A DNA stretch of 44,854 nt from Bradymonadales bacterium (lineage in GTDB: Bacteria > Bdellovibrionota > UBA2394), in assembly GCA_007693605.1 (NCBI GenBank), contig REDG01000022.1, forward strand, positions 1 to 44,854, read 5' to 3'. The notes under the pieces are model-generated. The model was given only the letters and a program-made list of their open reading frames with translations. It ran no database searches and was not told the origin of the DNA. Shown here piece after piece: positions 19,955 through 30,700 of the stretch (position 1 is its first letter; each line of letters opens with the position of its first letter). The position numbers and the translations under genes were made by a program.

Positions 19955-20884
19955 TTAGGCTTTTTCATAGAGAAGGCCAATTCTTACCCCCGCGTCGGCG
20001 CAAGTGACCTCTTTCAGAGAAAAGAAATTCATGATGCAGCTTAAGATGCAAAGCCCGCCTCCAAAGACATCAGCCCGTTTGGGTTCGAGGCCCTTTAGGC
20101 TTTGTCTCTCTGGCGTATCTAGAGACATGATGTGATCTCTCCAATACAAGACTCGCTCTAGAGAAATCTTCTGGCCATTCACCAGGTCTCGATCGTAGCG
20201 TTCAAGAGCTTTCTCGACAGCGATCAGGCTGGTCATCGTGCCAGCCACTCCAAAGGCCTCTTGCTTTGACTTGTGAAAAGACTCTTTGATCTCTAAAAGC
20301 CTGGCTGACTTTTCAAACAGATTCAGGACTTCATGGCAGGCATCCTGCAGGCTTTGCGCTCTTTCGAGCCCGAATCTTTGGCTGAGAATGACACAGCCAA
20401 TCTTTTCAGAGGTCTTCAATTCAATTCCTGCCGAAGATCCAAGAACGATTTCAGTGCTGGCCCCGCCAATGTCAAAGACGAGTTTCTTGACCTGGGCGTC
20501 TGGGCTCGGAAATTCAAACTCCACACTTTTAAAAGATAGCTCGGCCTCTCGATCACCCGAGATGAGCTCAATCTCATGCTCAACGGCCTCTTCAAGTTGT
20601 CGCTTAATCTCTAAGCCGTTTCTCGGCAGTCGAAGGCTTTCTGTGGCGACAATCTTCAGATCCTTTTGGGCTGAAAATTGATCAACGATTTTCTTGTAAT
20701 CCCTTAAACAGGTCTTTGCATCTTCAAGTTTCTCATCAGAAATTTTTGAGTTTTCGTGAACACCTTTAATTAAGCCAACCACGCGGGCCTCATCGTGTTG
20801 GAGCTTGACTCTTTCGTTTGGTCTTGGCGCTTCGGCAATGGCCAAAAGAATGGAGTTAGAGCCGATATCAATCGCTGCTTTCAT
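19955..20884 (-). CDS. Ppx/GppA family phosphatase (short form)
   Basis: AAIDIGSNS, ATESLR, ISGDREA, DIGGASTE, RADV. ATG 20884 is in frame with the track ORF. Confidence 0.9.
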   Translation of the reverse strand: MKAAIDIGSNSILLAIAEAPRPNERVKLQHDEARVVGLIKGVHENSKISDEKLEDAKTCLRDYKKIVDQFSAQKDLKIVATESLRLPRNGLEIKRQLEEAVEHEIELISGDREAELSFKSVEFEFPSPDAQVKKLVFDIGGASTEIVLGSSAGIELKTSEKIGCVILSQRFGLERAQSLQDACHEVLNLFEKSARLLEIKESFHKSKQEAFGVAGTMTSLIAVEKALERYDRDLVNGQKISLERVLYWRDHIMSLDTPERQSLKGLEPKRADVFGGGLCILSCIMNFFSLKEVTCADAGVRIGLLYEKA

Positions 20885-20985
20885 TTGGCCTATCAGAATA
20901 GACAATCTGAGCTTTAAATGTCACTGAGGGATCTGCCCTGATTGCAATGGGCGGATGTCGCCAAACTCTTGATTTGGGAGTGTCG

Positions 20986-22323
20986 CTAATAGCCCAAGCG
21001 CGGGGACCACGACGGCATCGTGGCCTCCCCGGGCAGATTGGTGATCTTCGTGACCTGAGAGCCGTCGGCCTTCATCACATGAATTTCGTTTCGCCCGCTT
21101 CGTCGAGAGCTAAAGACGACTAGTTGACCGTCCGGGCTCCATGAAGGGGTTTCGTTGTGTCGGGCATCAAAGGTGATCCGAGACATCTGGTTTCCTTCGT
21201 GGTTCATCGAGAAGATGTCGAACTCTCGGTCTACATCCATTCCCTGAAAGAGAATTGTATTCTCTTTGGGATGCCAGGCACATGAATCGTTCAATGTGCC
21301 CACTCGCGTTAGCCTGGTTGATTGAAGGCTTTGAAGCTCCATTCGAAAAACATGCAGTGCCCCCATTCGACCAGAGCTGAAACAGAGAAAGTTGCCGTCC
21401 GGACTAAAGGAGGGAGCCAGATCGATGACTTCTGATCGGCGAGTCAATCGTCTCCGCTCTCTGCCATTCATATCAAGAAGATACAAATCAGACTCGCCGT
21501 CCTTTGACAGGGCGACCACCATTTCTCGTCCGTTGGGGTGCATACTTGGCCCAAGTGCAGAGCCCGGGAAGTTGGTCAATTGGGTGGATCGATTTCTTCT
21601 TCGTTCGAAGCGCCATAGATCCCAGCCCTTGAGGGATGCCGACGAAAATATGATGTTTTGCCCGTCTAAAGTCCAAGTCGGACTGAGGTTGGTTCGATTA
21701 TTTTGGATGAGTGGTTCCGGATTGCGGCCGTTAAAGTCCATGACCCAGATTTCTTTATGTCTCGAATTGGGCGCTTGATAGACGAAAGCGATTTTGGTGG
21801 AGAAGAGGCCGGGCTCTCCGGTGACTTGTTGAACAATGTCATCTCCTAGTTGGTGAGCTAAAACCTCATAGTCAGTTCGACGAGTGGAGTAGGTCTTCTC
21901 AAACAGTTTTCGACCGTCATGAATGCGAAACATCCAGGCTTTTAGACTGGTCTCGTTGTCTCTTTGAGACACGGAAGCTCTCACGACGAACTGGGCCCCA
22001 GTTTGGCGCCAAGGCCCAACTTGTATCTCACCCAGCTCTCCCTTTGTGGCCTCATCCATAATGGCTTCACTGGGAATGACTCGAAAGAGTCTCGAGAAGA
22101 TCAGGTTGGCGGTTAGGCTAGCCTCAAGGTCGGTAGAGACTCGAGTTAAGCCCTCAGACTCTGTTCTGAAGTTTTGAATGGCGATAGGGATGGCGGCCTC
22201 ACGAGCGTCTCTCAACACAATTCCTTGACCGATGGCAGAGCTGCTCATGGTCGAAAGAATGAGTAGGGCTAAGGCAAAAAATTGAGATCGAACCGGAATG
22301 CCGGATTCGATTAGGGGTAGCAT
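20986..22323 (-). CDS. tolB: Tol-Pal beta-propeller protein TolB
   Basis: N-terminal IAI..F domain, TG.PG.FSTKIAF, PD40 repeats (PSWSPDG). Confidence 0.92.
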   Translation of the reverse strand: MLPLIESGIPVRSQFFALALLILSTMSSSAIGQGIVLRDAREAAIPIAIQNFRTESEGLTRVSTDLEASLTANLIFSRLFRVIPSEAIMDEATKGELGEIQVGPWRQTGAQFVVRASVSQRDNETSLKAWMFRIHDGRKLFEKTYSTRRTDYEVLAHQLGDDIVQQVTGEPGLFSTKIAFVYQAPNSRHKEIWVMDFNGRNPEPLIQNNRTNLSPTWTLDGQNIIFSSASLKGWDLWRFERRRNRSTQLTNFPGSALGPSMHPNGREMVVALSKDGESDLYLLDMNGRERRRLTRRSEVIDLAPSFSPDGNFLCFSSGRMGALHVFRMELQSLQSTRLTRVGTLNDSCAWHPKENTILFQGMDVDREFDIFSMNHEGNQMSRITFDARHNETPSWSPDGQLVVFSSRRSGRNEIHVMKADGSQVTKITNLPGEATMPSWSPRLGY

Positions 22324-23126
22324 TGAATGATCTCCTCTTTTCCTGTCAAATCTGCAATCACATCGGGCCCAAAGATCTCTTGGCTAAGAGCCTGTCGAAT
22401 CGCGAGCTCACAGCTTCTATCAAGAATCGCAATCCCCGAGCTTTCCACCAAGCTCAAAGACGCGATCTCGAACTGATTTCCCACACCTACTAGTCTAACC
22501 CGAAAATATCCAAGAGCGGTGGGATGGGTTTCTTTCAGTCGATTTCCTACGGGGAGTTCAAAATGCTTCCTCATAGCCGATTGTAAAGCAAGTAGACTTG
22601 GCCTGGCTTGAATCTGTGCGGTTCCTCCCGTCCCTCGACCCCCCTCTTCTCCATCTTCGATGGTGGGGTAGTTGTCATCTCGTGGCAGCCGATCGGCAAT
22701 GATCCCCTGTTCTTGACGCATTCGATCGATCAAAGCACGCATATCTCTTCTTCGATCTTCCAAATCGGGGGGCTTCGGTGCCTCAGGCTTTGAGGCCTCA
22801 GGGGTCTTGGGTTGGGGTGTTGCCGGTTTAGCTTGAGGAACGGGTCGAGGAGGGCTGGGTTTGGGCATGGCCGTTTGAGGGGCTTGGGTTTCTGTTCGCA
22901 CCTGTGGTGGAGGAAGTTCTGTTCGAGTTTGGCCTCGTCTCATGGCGGTCTCAGTCGGACGATAAATGAGATTCACTTCAACAACGCCAGATAGCTTCAC
23001 CTCCTCGCGAGTGGAGATGAAGCGGGCAATTGAAAATTCCGTTGACCAGACCATCAACACGATCAGCAAGCTGTGCAGGATTAGCGAGATGAGAGCAGCC
23101 TTGGCCATACTTCCTCTATTTTGCAT
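22311..23126 (-). CDS. tolA: TolA/TonB-like energy transducer
   Basis: TM with SxxxH (SLILH), Pro-rich linker, C-terminal ESSG...LDRS; lies between tolR and tolB. Confidence 0.7.
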   Translation of the reverse strand: MQNRGSMAKAALISLILHSLLIVLMVWSTEFSIARFISTREEVKLSGVVEVNLIYRPTETAMRRGQTRTELPPPQVRTETQAPQTAMPKPSPPRPVPQAKPATPQPKTPEASKPEAPKPPDLEDRRRDMRALIDRMRQEQGIIADRLPRDDNYPTIEDGEEGGRGTGGTAQIQARPSLLALQSAMRKHFELPVGNRLKETHPTALGYFRVRLVGVGNQFEIASLSLVESSGIAILDRSCELAIRQALSQEIFGPDVIADLTGKEEIIQCYP

Positions 23127-23147
23127 CGAAACGATAAAAACCTGAAA

Positions 23148-23570
23148 TTATTGTCGTGAAGGATCTGTTTCAAAGGCCATTCGAGAAATTCCGGCCTGCT
23201 GAATTCTTGCCATGACCTGTATCACAAAGCCATGAGAAACCTCTTCGTCCGCTCGTATGTAGATCTCTTTTCGATCTCGATTTTCAAAAATTGCTCTAAT
23301 TCGCATGCTCAACTCTTCAAAACTGATCTCCTGACGGCCAATGAACAGCTTTCTGTCCTTCTGTATTGCAAGGATGACGCTTTCCTCTGACGCATCCGAC
23401 TGTTGAGCTTGGGCTTGCGGCAGGTTGATGTCTACGGTGTCATACATCATGGGTGCGGCGATCATGAAGATGATCAACAGAACGAGCATGATGTCTACCA
23501 GGGGAATGATATTGATTTCAGACTCAAGAGAGTCTTCCCCCAGATCTCCGCCCTTTATCTTGGCCCCCAT
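23148..23570 (-). CDS. tolR: TolR/ExbD
   Basis: EINIIPLVDIMLVLLIIFM, IRAD..V.HG. Confidence 0.9.
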   Translation of the reverse strand: MGAKIKGGDLGEDSLESEINIIPLVDIMLVLLIIFMIAAPMMYDTVDINLPQAQAQQSDASEESVILAIQKDRKLFIGRQEISFEELSMRIRAIFENRDRKEIYIRADEEVSHGFVIQVMARIQQAGISRMAFETDPSRQ

Positions 23571-24287
23571 CTACAAATTCCTTTTGGCCGTGTTCAAGAA
23601 GGCCGTTGAAAACTGAGTCATCTGTGAGCTTAGAATTCTGATCTTATTGATGAAAAAATTATAAAAAAGAACGGCGGGGATGGCCGCAAAGAGGCCCATG
23701 GCTGTTGCGATAAGGGCTTCGGCAATTCCCGGGGCGACAACCGCGAGATTGCTGGCCCCTGTTGCTCCGATTCCAATAAAGGAGTTCATGATCCCCCAAA
23801 CAGTTCCGAAAAGTCCAATAAAGGGTGCGGCACTGGCTGTATTGGCAAGAAAGGGGACATACTGGCGATACTTTTCTGACTCGGCTTTGGCCGCCTGATC
23901 CAGCGAACGAGCGACATTAGACTCTAAGAGTTCAATCTTTTCATCTCTCGAGAGATCGAGAGCGCTCACTTGCTTGTACTCGTTCATTCCTGTTTCAAAG
24001 ACACGATTCAAGCTAGCATCGGGATGCGCTTTGCTTGCTCTTAAGGCTCCATCAAGAGATCCAGACGCCCAAAAGCTCTCCGAAAAGGCCCTATTCTGCG
24101 CTGCGGCATCTTTCAGCAGCCACCACTTCCAAAAAATGATGGCCCAACTGATGATGGAGGCCAAGAGGAGAATAATCATCACCCCCTGAACGACGAGTCC
24201 AGCCTGCAGAACGAGATCCCAAGGGTTTAACTGTGCCCCCGGAGTTGGGTTTGAGACCAAGAGTGTTGGAAAAAAGCTATTCATCAT
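23571..24287 (-). CDS. tolQ: TolQ (MotA/TolQ/ExbB family)
   Basis: APFIGLFGTVWGIMNSF, VAPGIAEALIATAMGLFAAIPAV. Confidence 0.93.
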   Translation of the reverse strand: MMNSFFPTLLVSNPTPGAQLNPWDLVLQAGLVVQGVMIILLLASIISWAIIFWKWWLLKDAAAQNRAFSESFWASGSLDGALRASKAHPDASLNRVFETGMNEYKQVSALDLSRDEKIELLESNVARSLDQAAKAESEKYRQYVPFLANTASAAPFIGLFGTVWGIMNSFIGIGATGASNLAVVAPGIAEALIATAMGLFAAIPAVLFYNFFINKIRILSSQMTQFSTAFLNTAKRNL

Positions 24288-24328
24288 ATCTAAATAAAAT
24301 GATTACATTACTAAGAGAGGTTGGCAAA

Positions 24329-25045
24329 TTGCTGTTTCAATTTAAAAAAGTTCACAAATCTTACGGAATTCAAAAAATCTTTCGGGACCTCGACTTCTGT
24401 CTTCAGCGGGGAACCTTCTCGATTCTAACAGGGGCAAGCGGCTCGGGCAAAACAACTTTGTTTCGATTGCTCTGTGGGGTCGAAAAGCCAACTGCAGGGG
24501 AGATTCATTTTTTGGGGCGTCGTCTGGTCGAGCACTCTCCGGTTCATCTGAGGAATATTGGATTTATCTTTCAGAGCCCGAGGGGCCTCTTCGACCGGAC
24601 GGTTTTCGAGAATGTGGCCTTGCCGCTGATGGTGGACAGAGTCCCAAGACCAGAGATCGAGAGCCGAGTGATGGCGTGGTTGGATGACCTCGGCCTGCGT
24701 CATCGCGTCAAATCGAAGTATGGCGACCTTTCAGGGGGAGAGATTCAGAAGCTGGAGTTCGCTCGGGCGATGATTCGTCGCCCGAGACTTGTTTTGGCAG
24801 ATGAGCCAACCGCTCATCTGGATGCGATTCAATCTGACCTCCTTTTGGATATTCTTTGGGAGCACTATCGGAATGGGGCCAGCGTCTTCATTTCGACCCA
24901 TCACCCCCCCAAATTCCACCACCCGTCGATCTTGCGCTACCATATTGAAGATCAACAGATTCGACAGCTTTCTTCTGAGGAGGTTCATATCCCTCGGCTC
25001 GGGGAAGAGAGCTCGGTTCAAAAAAAGTTGGAGCTTGAAAGATGA
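24329..25045 (+). CDS. ftsE: cell-division ABC ATPase FtsE-like
   Basis: GASGSGKT, LSGGE, LADEPT. Likely TTG start at 24329 after GAGAGG. ftsE-ftsX-envC-ctpA synteny. Confidence 0.75.
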   Translation: MLFQFKKVHKSYGIQKIFRDLDFCLQRGTFSILTGASGSGKTTLFRLLCGVEKPTAGEIHFLGRRLVEHSPVHLRNIGFIFQSPRGLFDRTVFENVALPLMVDRVPRPEIESRVMAWLDDLGLRHRVKSKYGDLSGGEIQKLEFARAMIRRPRLVLADEPTAHLDAIQSDLLLDILWEHYRNGASVFISTHHPPKFHHPSILRYHIEDQQIRQLSSEEVHIPRLGEESSVQKKLELER

Positions 25046-25842
25046 TTGGATTTCGCTTTTTCATTAGAGAGTTTGGCTTAGCCTCGGCATTTATTGCTCT
25101 TGGAGCGCTTCTTTTGATCTGTCTTTGGTTTAGTTTGAGCGTTCAATCAAGCTTTTTGAATGAGTTTCGACAGGATCAATTGAGCCTGATTTTAGATCCG
25201 ACAGAGAAGGAGAGTTTTGAGCAACTCATGAGAGAGGAGTCTGGAGTGCTTCGCTACTCTCTGCAAACAGCCGAAGAAAATCGAGATCGAATTCGCTCCC
25301 TATATCCGGAGCTGGATTCAGTGATCGACTCTATCTCGATTGAGAATTTTCCTGTTTCAGCTTTAGTCATTGTCGAAGACGGAAGAAAAATGATGAGTTT
25401 TTTTGAAACTCGACCTGAACTGATTCAGGCTCAGATGATTCATCAGGCTCCAGACAGCTTGAAGACATTGATTTCAGTGGCGACGACGATCTTCCTGTTT
25501 CTTTGGGTTTTCACTCTCATTCTCTTTCTATACTTTCAACTAGAAGGCGTGGCTCATCGTCAAAGCGCAAAGTGGTCTCTGATGAAGATGTTGGGAGCAA
25601 AGTCTTCACGAATCTTTCTTCCACTTTGGGGGCTTCAGATGACACGGCTTCTGGTGTCTTCTGTTTGTGCTTGTGTCTTGGCCTGGTGGGCCACGAGCTA
25701 CTTATTGAGTTTTTCGAATTGGACTTGGGCAGGCCTGGGGTTGAATTTGTCTCTCGGGTTTATACTTGCGAGTCTTGTTCTTGGCTCCCTTTGTCTATAT
25801 AGCCTCTTCTTGGTTCAGTTTCGCAGGGTTTCGGTATGTTGA
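25042..25842 (+). CDS. ftsX: FtsX-like permease (divergent)
   Basis: Four TM segments with a periplasmic loop, LMKMLGA...IFLP motif; ATGA overlap with ftsE. Confidence 0.65.
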   Translation: MIGFRFFIREFGLASAFIALGALLLICLWFSLSVQSSFLNEFRQDQLSLILDPTEKESFEQLMREESGVLRYSLQTAEENRDRIRSLYPELDSVIDSISIENFPVSALVIVEDGRKMMSFFETRPELIQAQMIHQAPDSLKTLISVATTIFLFLWVFTLILFLYFQLEGVAHRQSAKWSLMKMLGAKSSRIFLPLWGLQMTRLLVSSVCACVLAWWATSYLLSFSNWTWAGLGLNLSLGFILASLVLGSLCLYSLFLVQFRRVSVC

Positions 25843-26426
25843 GTGGGGGCTTATCTAGAGTCGGTTCGGCGCCTCTAGGGGTCTTGGCGCTGTCGACTCT
25901 GTGCTTGTTCTCGAGCTTCGGGCCTTCTATTGAAGCGAGGAGTGTCGATCCACAAGAAGAGCTAAGAAAGTTGATTGGAGAGAGGGCTCCTATCGAGGCG
26001 AGTTTGCAAGAACTGGAGAATTCTGTTTTGGCCTTAGAGGCTCGGCAAATCGAGCTCAGCCAAGAACTGATCGATTTTGAGCGTGACCTAGAGGCTAAGC
26101 TTCGCGATGCGATGCTTCCCCTGCTCTCGTGGCCCGAGGGGGGGCGCTTCTTGCAAACAGCCTCTTGGCTGGAGTATCAGCAGACGGAGCTCTTGATACA
26201 ACACACCAGAAAGGCGCTTCTGAGAAAGCCTCTTGAGTTGATTGAAGAGAGGAAGACTCGAATCGCGGAGCTTTCGGACTTAAGGAGCTCTATGTCAAAC
26301 CAGATCCGAGAATTACAAATTCGCAAAAGTCTGATAGATTTCGAAGAAGAGGAACTGCTTCTGATGAAGCGACGAGCCGAGACCGAACTGCCCCAGGCGA
26401 CAGGTAGAAGCAAGAGCCTCCAGTAG
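25836..26426 (+). CDS. exported coiled-coil protein at the envC position, no M23 domain
   Basis: N-terminal hydrophobic segment, then heptad-rich helices; syntenic position. Confidence 0.55.
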   Translation: MLSGGLSRVGSAPLGVLALSTLCLFSSFGPSIEARSVDPQEELRKLIGERAPIEASLQELENSVLALEARQIELSQELIDFERDLEAKLRDAMLPLLSWPEGGRFLQTASWLEYQQTELLIQHTRKALLRKPLELIEERKTRIAELSDLRSSMSNQIRELQIRKSLIDFEEEELLLMKRRAETELPQATGRSKSLQ

Positions 26427-26437
26427 GAATTTTTGAG

Positions 26438-27739
26438 ATGAAATCTAAATCACTTACCCTTTCGATTCTTGGTCTTTCGTTTGTTGCTTTCTTGTCAGGA
26501 GGATTGTGGACTTATTCTTGGTCGAACGAGAGGGTTCGAGAGGCCTATCGGAGTCTTGAAAAGTTTGCGAGAGTTTATGAGATTATCAAGAGTCAATATG
26601 TCGAGGAGCCCGACGATTCAGAGCTGGTGGACGGAGCCATTAGAGGGATGCTGCAATCTCTCGATGAGCACTCGGTTTATCTGACGGCTCAAGACTTTAA
26701 AGACATGCAGGAAGACACTCGGGGTCGATTCGGCGGATTGGGAATTGAGATTTCGATGAGGAACAATCAGCTGACGGTGGTCGCTCCTATTGAGGGGACT
26801 CCAGCGGAAAAGGCAGGAATTTTGAGTGGGGATGTTATTGCCTTTATTGAGGATCAGCCAACCTCAAAAATGACTTTGATCGAGGCGGTTAAGCTGATGC
26901 GCGGAGAGCCTAACTCGAAGGTCACGATTCGTATAAAGAGAGAAGGCGTTCCCGATTTGATTCGGATGTCCTTGAAGCGCGCCATCATTCAGTCTCGAAG
27001 TGTCCAGGCCGAGCTAAAGGATAATAATATTGGAGTCGTTAGATTACGGGGCTTTTCGGAAAGAAGTTCGAGCGAGTTGAGAGAAGCCATTAGAAAGTTT
27101 AGAAATGAGATTCGAGAGAAAGAGTCGGCGAGTGATTTAAGGGCTCTGATTTTAGATCTGCGCTCCAACCCAGGAGGCCTGTTGCAGCAGGCTGTCGAAG
27201 TATCAGATGTCTTCTTGAGAGAGGGTCTGATTGTTTACACTCAGGGTAGAGACAAGCAAAGAGTGTCAAGGAGCTTTGCAAACTCTTCAGGAACCGAGCC
27301 AGACTATCCCATGGTGGTTTTGATCAATCGAGGCAGTGCATCGGCGAGCGAGATTGTTGCTGGAGCCTTGCAAGATCAGAAACGGGCAAGGGTCATAGGC
27401 ACCAAGAGCTTTGGAAAAGCTAGTGTGCAGCATGTCATTCCTCTTGAGGACGGAAGCGGAATTAAGTTAACCGTCGCACACTATTACACTCCGAGTGGTC
27501 GCCAGATTCAGGGAGAGGGGATTGAGCCGGATCAGATCGTTCGAGGTCCGTTTGACCGGGATCCCGACGAAGATTCTGAGGAAAGATCAGAAGGAGAGAA
27601 GCGTTCTGAGGGGCCCGAGGCGCCCACTTCTGAAGGTGTGGCTCAAACGGAGCCTCCTGTCGATCCAGAAGAGGTGGGTGATCCGCAAATGGACGCCGCT
27701 ATTGAGTATTTGAGCCGTCGTCTAGCGATGGCCCGTTAG
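26438..27739 (+). CDS. ctpA: S41 carboxy-terminal processing protease
   Basis: FGGLGI PDZ domain, LDLRSNPGG, SASASEIVAGALQD, FGK catalytic motifs. Confidence 0.95.
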   Translation: MKSKSLTLSILGLSFVAFLSGGLWTYSWSNERVREAYRSLEKFARVYEIIKSQYVEEPDDSELVDGAIRGMLQSLDEHSVYLTAQDFKDMQEDTRGRFGGLGIEISMRNNQLTVVAPIEGTPAEKAGILSGDVIAFIEDQPTSKMTLIEAVKLMRGEPNSKVTIRIKREGVPDLIRMSLKRAIIQSRSVQAELKDNNIGVVRLRGFSERSSSELREAIRKFRNEIREKESASDLRALILDLRSNPGGLLQQAVEVSDVFLREGLIVYTQGRDKQRVSRSFANSSGTEPDYPMVVLINRGSASASEIVAGALQDQKRARVIGTKSFGKASVQHVIPLEDGSGIKLTVAHYYTPSGRQIQGEGIEPDQIVRGPFDRDPDEDSEERSEGEKRSEGPEAPTSEGVAQTEPPVDPEEVGDPQMDAAIEYLSRRLAMAR

Positions 27740-27791
27740 CTTCGAGTTTCAGCCTGACTTTTTTGGCTTTTTTTTCTAAATCTAGGTTGAA

Positions 27792-30700
27792 ATGGATTTT
27801 GAGGCTCAGTTAATCCAATCACAGAACTGGTCGGAGTTGAGGCGGCATTACGCTCGAACGACCGGCTATTCGTGGGAGCAGGCCTGGCTCCACCTACATC
27901 AAATGGAGGATAGAGGGACCGCCATTGAGCATTTCAGGGCAGCGCTGCGAGATCCTCGATTTGAAGAAGCCTCGATGATCATGTTGTGGAGGTTAGGTCA
28001 GAAGCCCAGCCTTCGACCAGCCTCGATTCCCCCGAGTTTAAGGCTTTATGAGGCCTATCAAGAGGGAGAGCTTCGACCCTTTCTGTCCTTTCTGATGTCC
28101 AGAGAGGCAGAGCCCGCGACAAGGGCAACGATCTTTCGACAGGTTTTGTTATCCAAAAGGGCCATTCAGAAGGAGGACCTTGATTTCGTATCTCTGAAGG
28201 CGCTCGACCCGATTAGTGCTTACTTCGTGGGGCAGATTTTTTCGCAGAGACTGAAGCAGCCTCAGGTAGCCAGGCCTCTGTTTGAGTCGTTTGTAACGGA
28301 TGTATGGACTCAGCGCGTTTTGAAAGAGTCGAGACGCTGTCTGGTGGACTCAGATATGCAACGAAGGCTTCGACACGCTTACGCTCAGAAGGACGGTCAG
28401 AGTTTGAAGCGGCTTTATCGAGCCATGGAGGCCAAGTTAAAGAAGCAAGAGATCCCTCCAATCTGGCAGAAGGCATTGACCGAGGCCTTGAAGAGAGAAC
28501 AGAAAGACTTGACCCAAAACTTAGTGGGCTATGCTTTCTGGAGAGGGATCGAATGGAGCCCATCCGCTCTTTTTGAGATGCGATCGATTGCTTTTCCAGA
28601 GCCTCTCAAGCCACCGCCCTTTGTAGAGGCTTGGGAGAGATTTTTCAACTCAACCGAAAAAAAGTTAGCGCCTCCAATCGAATTGGAGCCTGATCGTTTA
28701 AGCCTATGGCAGATTTGTGTTGAGTTGAACCCGGCACGACTTTCAGACGCTCTCCTTCGCTTTCCGACTGAAGAGCGGTTTTTGTTTTTGTGGTCCTTAA
28801 GAAGTCGAAGTCTTGAGAGTGGGGTCGATTCTTTGTGGCCGGCCGGAGAGGTGGAGTCTGAAGTCGTTCGAAAAAACCTTGAGAGAGCTTTTGAGAGAAG
28901 CACGAATAAGCTCATATGGTTTGATCGATTGAGACAGTGTGGGTGCTCTCAAAGTTTTTACGAGTTTGCGATTTCTCAGATTGAGGTTCCTATTCCGAGC
29001 ATTTTGGAGGATCTGAAGGCCGGAAGATTAAAGCCAAGTGCTGAGGTGCGAGCACACTTGAAGTCCCAGTTGACTCTGACCTCTGCCAAGGGGAGCGAAT
29101 CAAGCCAACTTTCATCTGAACAGATCCTCGATAGCTTTTCTTACCTGACGCCTGCAGAAATGCAGGAGGTTTTGCTTTCTCGCTATGTGATGTTAGAGAT
29201 TCCGTCTGAGATTCTCAATTTGGAGTATCTTGACCTCTTTTGGGGGGCGATGGATAGGGTCAGCGTTTCAGTTCAAGAGAGGTGGACCCGATCGGCGGTG
29301 GACTTTATTACAACCAGAGTCGATTCGCAGAATCTTCAAGAACGGGAGTGGCGATGGATTCAACGGCTATGGCAGTTTGATCAGAAGGCTTTGGAAGATT
29401 TTTCTCCAAGCTATCAAGATTCCGAAAACTTTCCTTGGAGCGCATATTTGGAGGCCGCAGTTCAGCACTCGATGGATGTCTTGGTAAGCGCATGCATTCC
29501 TCAGATTCCAGATGAAAGACAGCGAGCGCATTGGATTGAGCGGTTGATTGACCGACTTCCGATGACCAATCTGAAGAAGTGGGCTTCAAACTTTCAAGAT
29601 GACAATCTTCGACTGGATTTGCAGATTGAGATTTTGAGGCGAGAAGCGGAGCCGCTGCCATTGATAAAGGCGCTTGTCGAAAAGCTTGAAGCATGCTCAG
29701 TGCTGAACGAAAAACCCAGTCTGATTAGGGAAATCATCACCAAGTTTTTTGAACTAAGAGAAGAAGAGCAGCTTCATCATTTTGACCTCTTGCAGAGGCT
29801 GCTAGAAGAGATGCAGTCTTTGGGGGCTTGTGATGCCTCATTTATGGCTAAACTGATCGAAGCGGCAGATGCTCTAGGAGACTGGGGAAAGTCTTGGCAG
29901 TGGAATTTGCAGGCCTGGTTCTTGGCCACCGATAAAGAGAAGAATGAGATTTTAGATCAGTTTCTGGATTCTGCGTTTCGGGCTCGGGCGATCGAAGAAG
30001 CTCAGCGAATATTGGTAGACTTTGTGTTTCAAAGCGCAAGACCCAACGACTTAAACCGAAACATTCTGGATCGGCTTTTGGGGGAGTCTTCGGCATTTCG
30101 AATCAAACATCTTAGACGAGAATTGATTCTGCGATCGGGCTGTCTGTATCCCTTGCACCAGAAGATTTTAGAGTATCGGGCTCAGTTTGACTACAGAGCC
30201 TATTTGTTATGGCGGGCTTTTTATGGAGATCAGTTAGATTCTGTTTGTGAGCCCCCGGTCATGAAGAAACGAAAGTTTTATAGGTTTTGGGGTTTGATAC
30301 AGGCGAACACACAGCCCGAGATGGTGAGCGCATTCACCCGTTATTTAGATCCTCTGTCGGGGCCACCCCAAACGACTGAGGGGCATGCAGCGCTGGGGTC
30401 GGCTCAGAAGTTGCTCAATCAGTGGCAGAAGAGCTTTCGAGTGAAGTCAAAAGTGAAAGTCTTCTTGTCTTCAAATCTGCAAACTCCCCTCCGGTTTCAT
30501 TTGGAGTCGCAGGCGATCTCTGCGCACCCTCTCTTTTTCAATGAAATCGACGAGAAAATTTGGGCGGCGATTGTGACCGGCTATTTGCAGATTCTGGCGG
30601 ACCGTGAGAGGGGGCTGTACTCCGAACCAGCCCTTATGGAGAGATTTTTTCAGGGCTGCCTTCTTGCGGGGAGCCCCATCGAAAAAGTGATCAAGCTTTG

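Noticed and set aside
27750..27777. Rho-independent terminator after ctpA
   Set aside because: Only a 4-bp stem (AGCC/GGCT) before the T-run; too weak to call.
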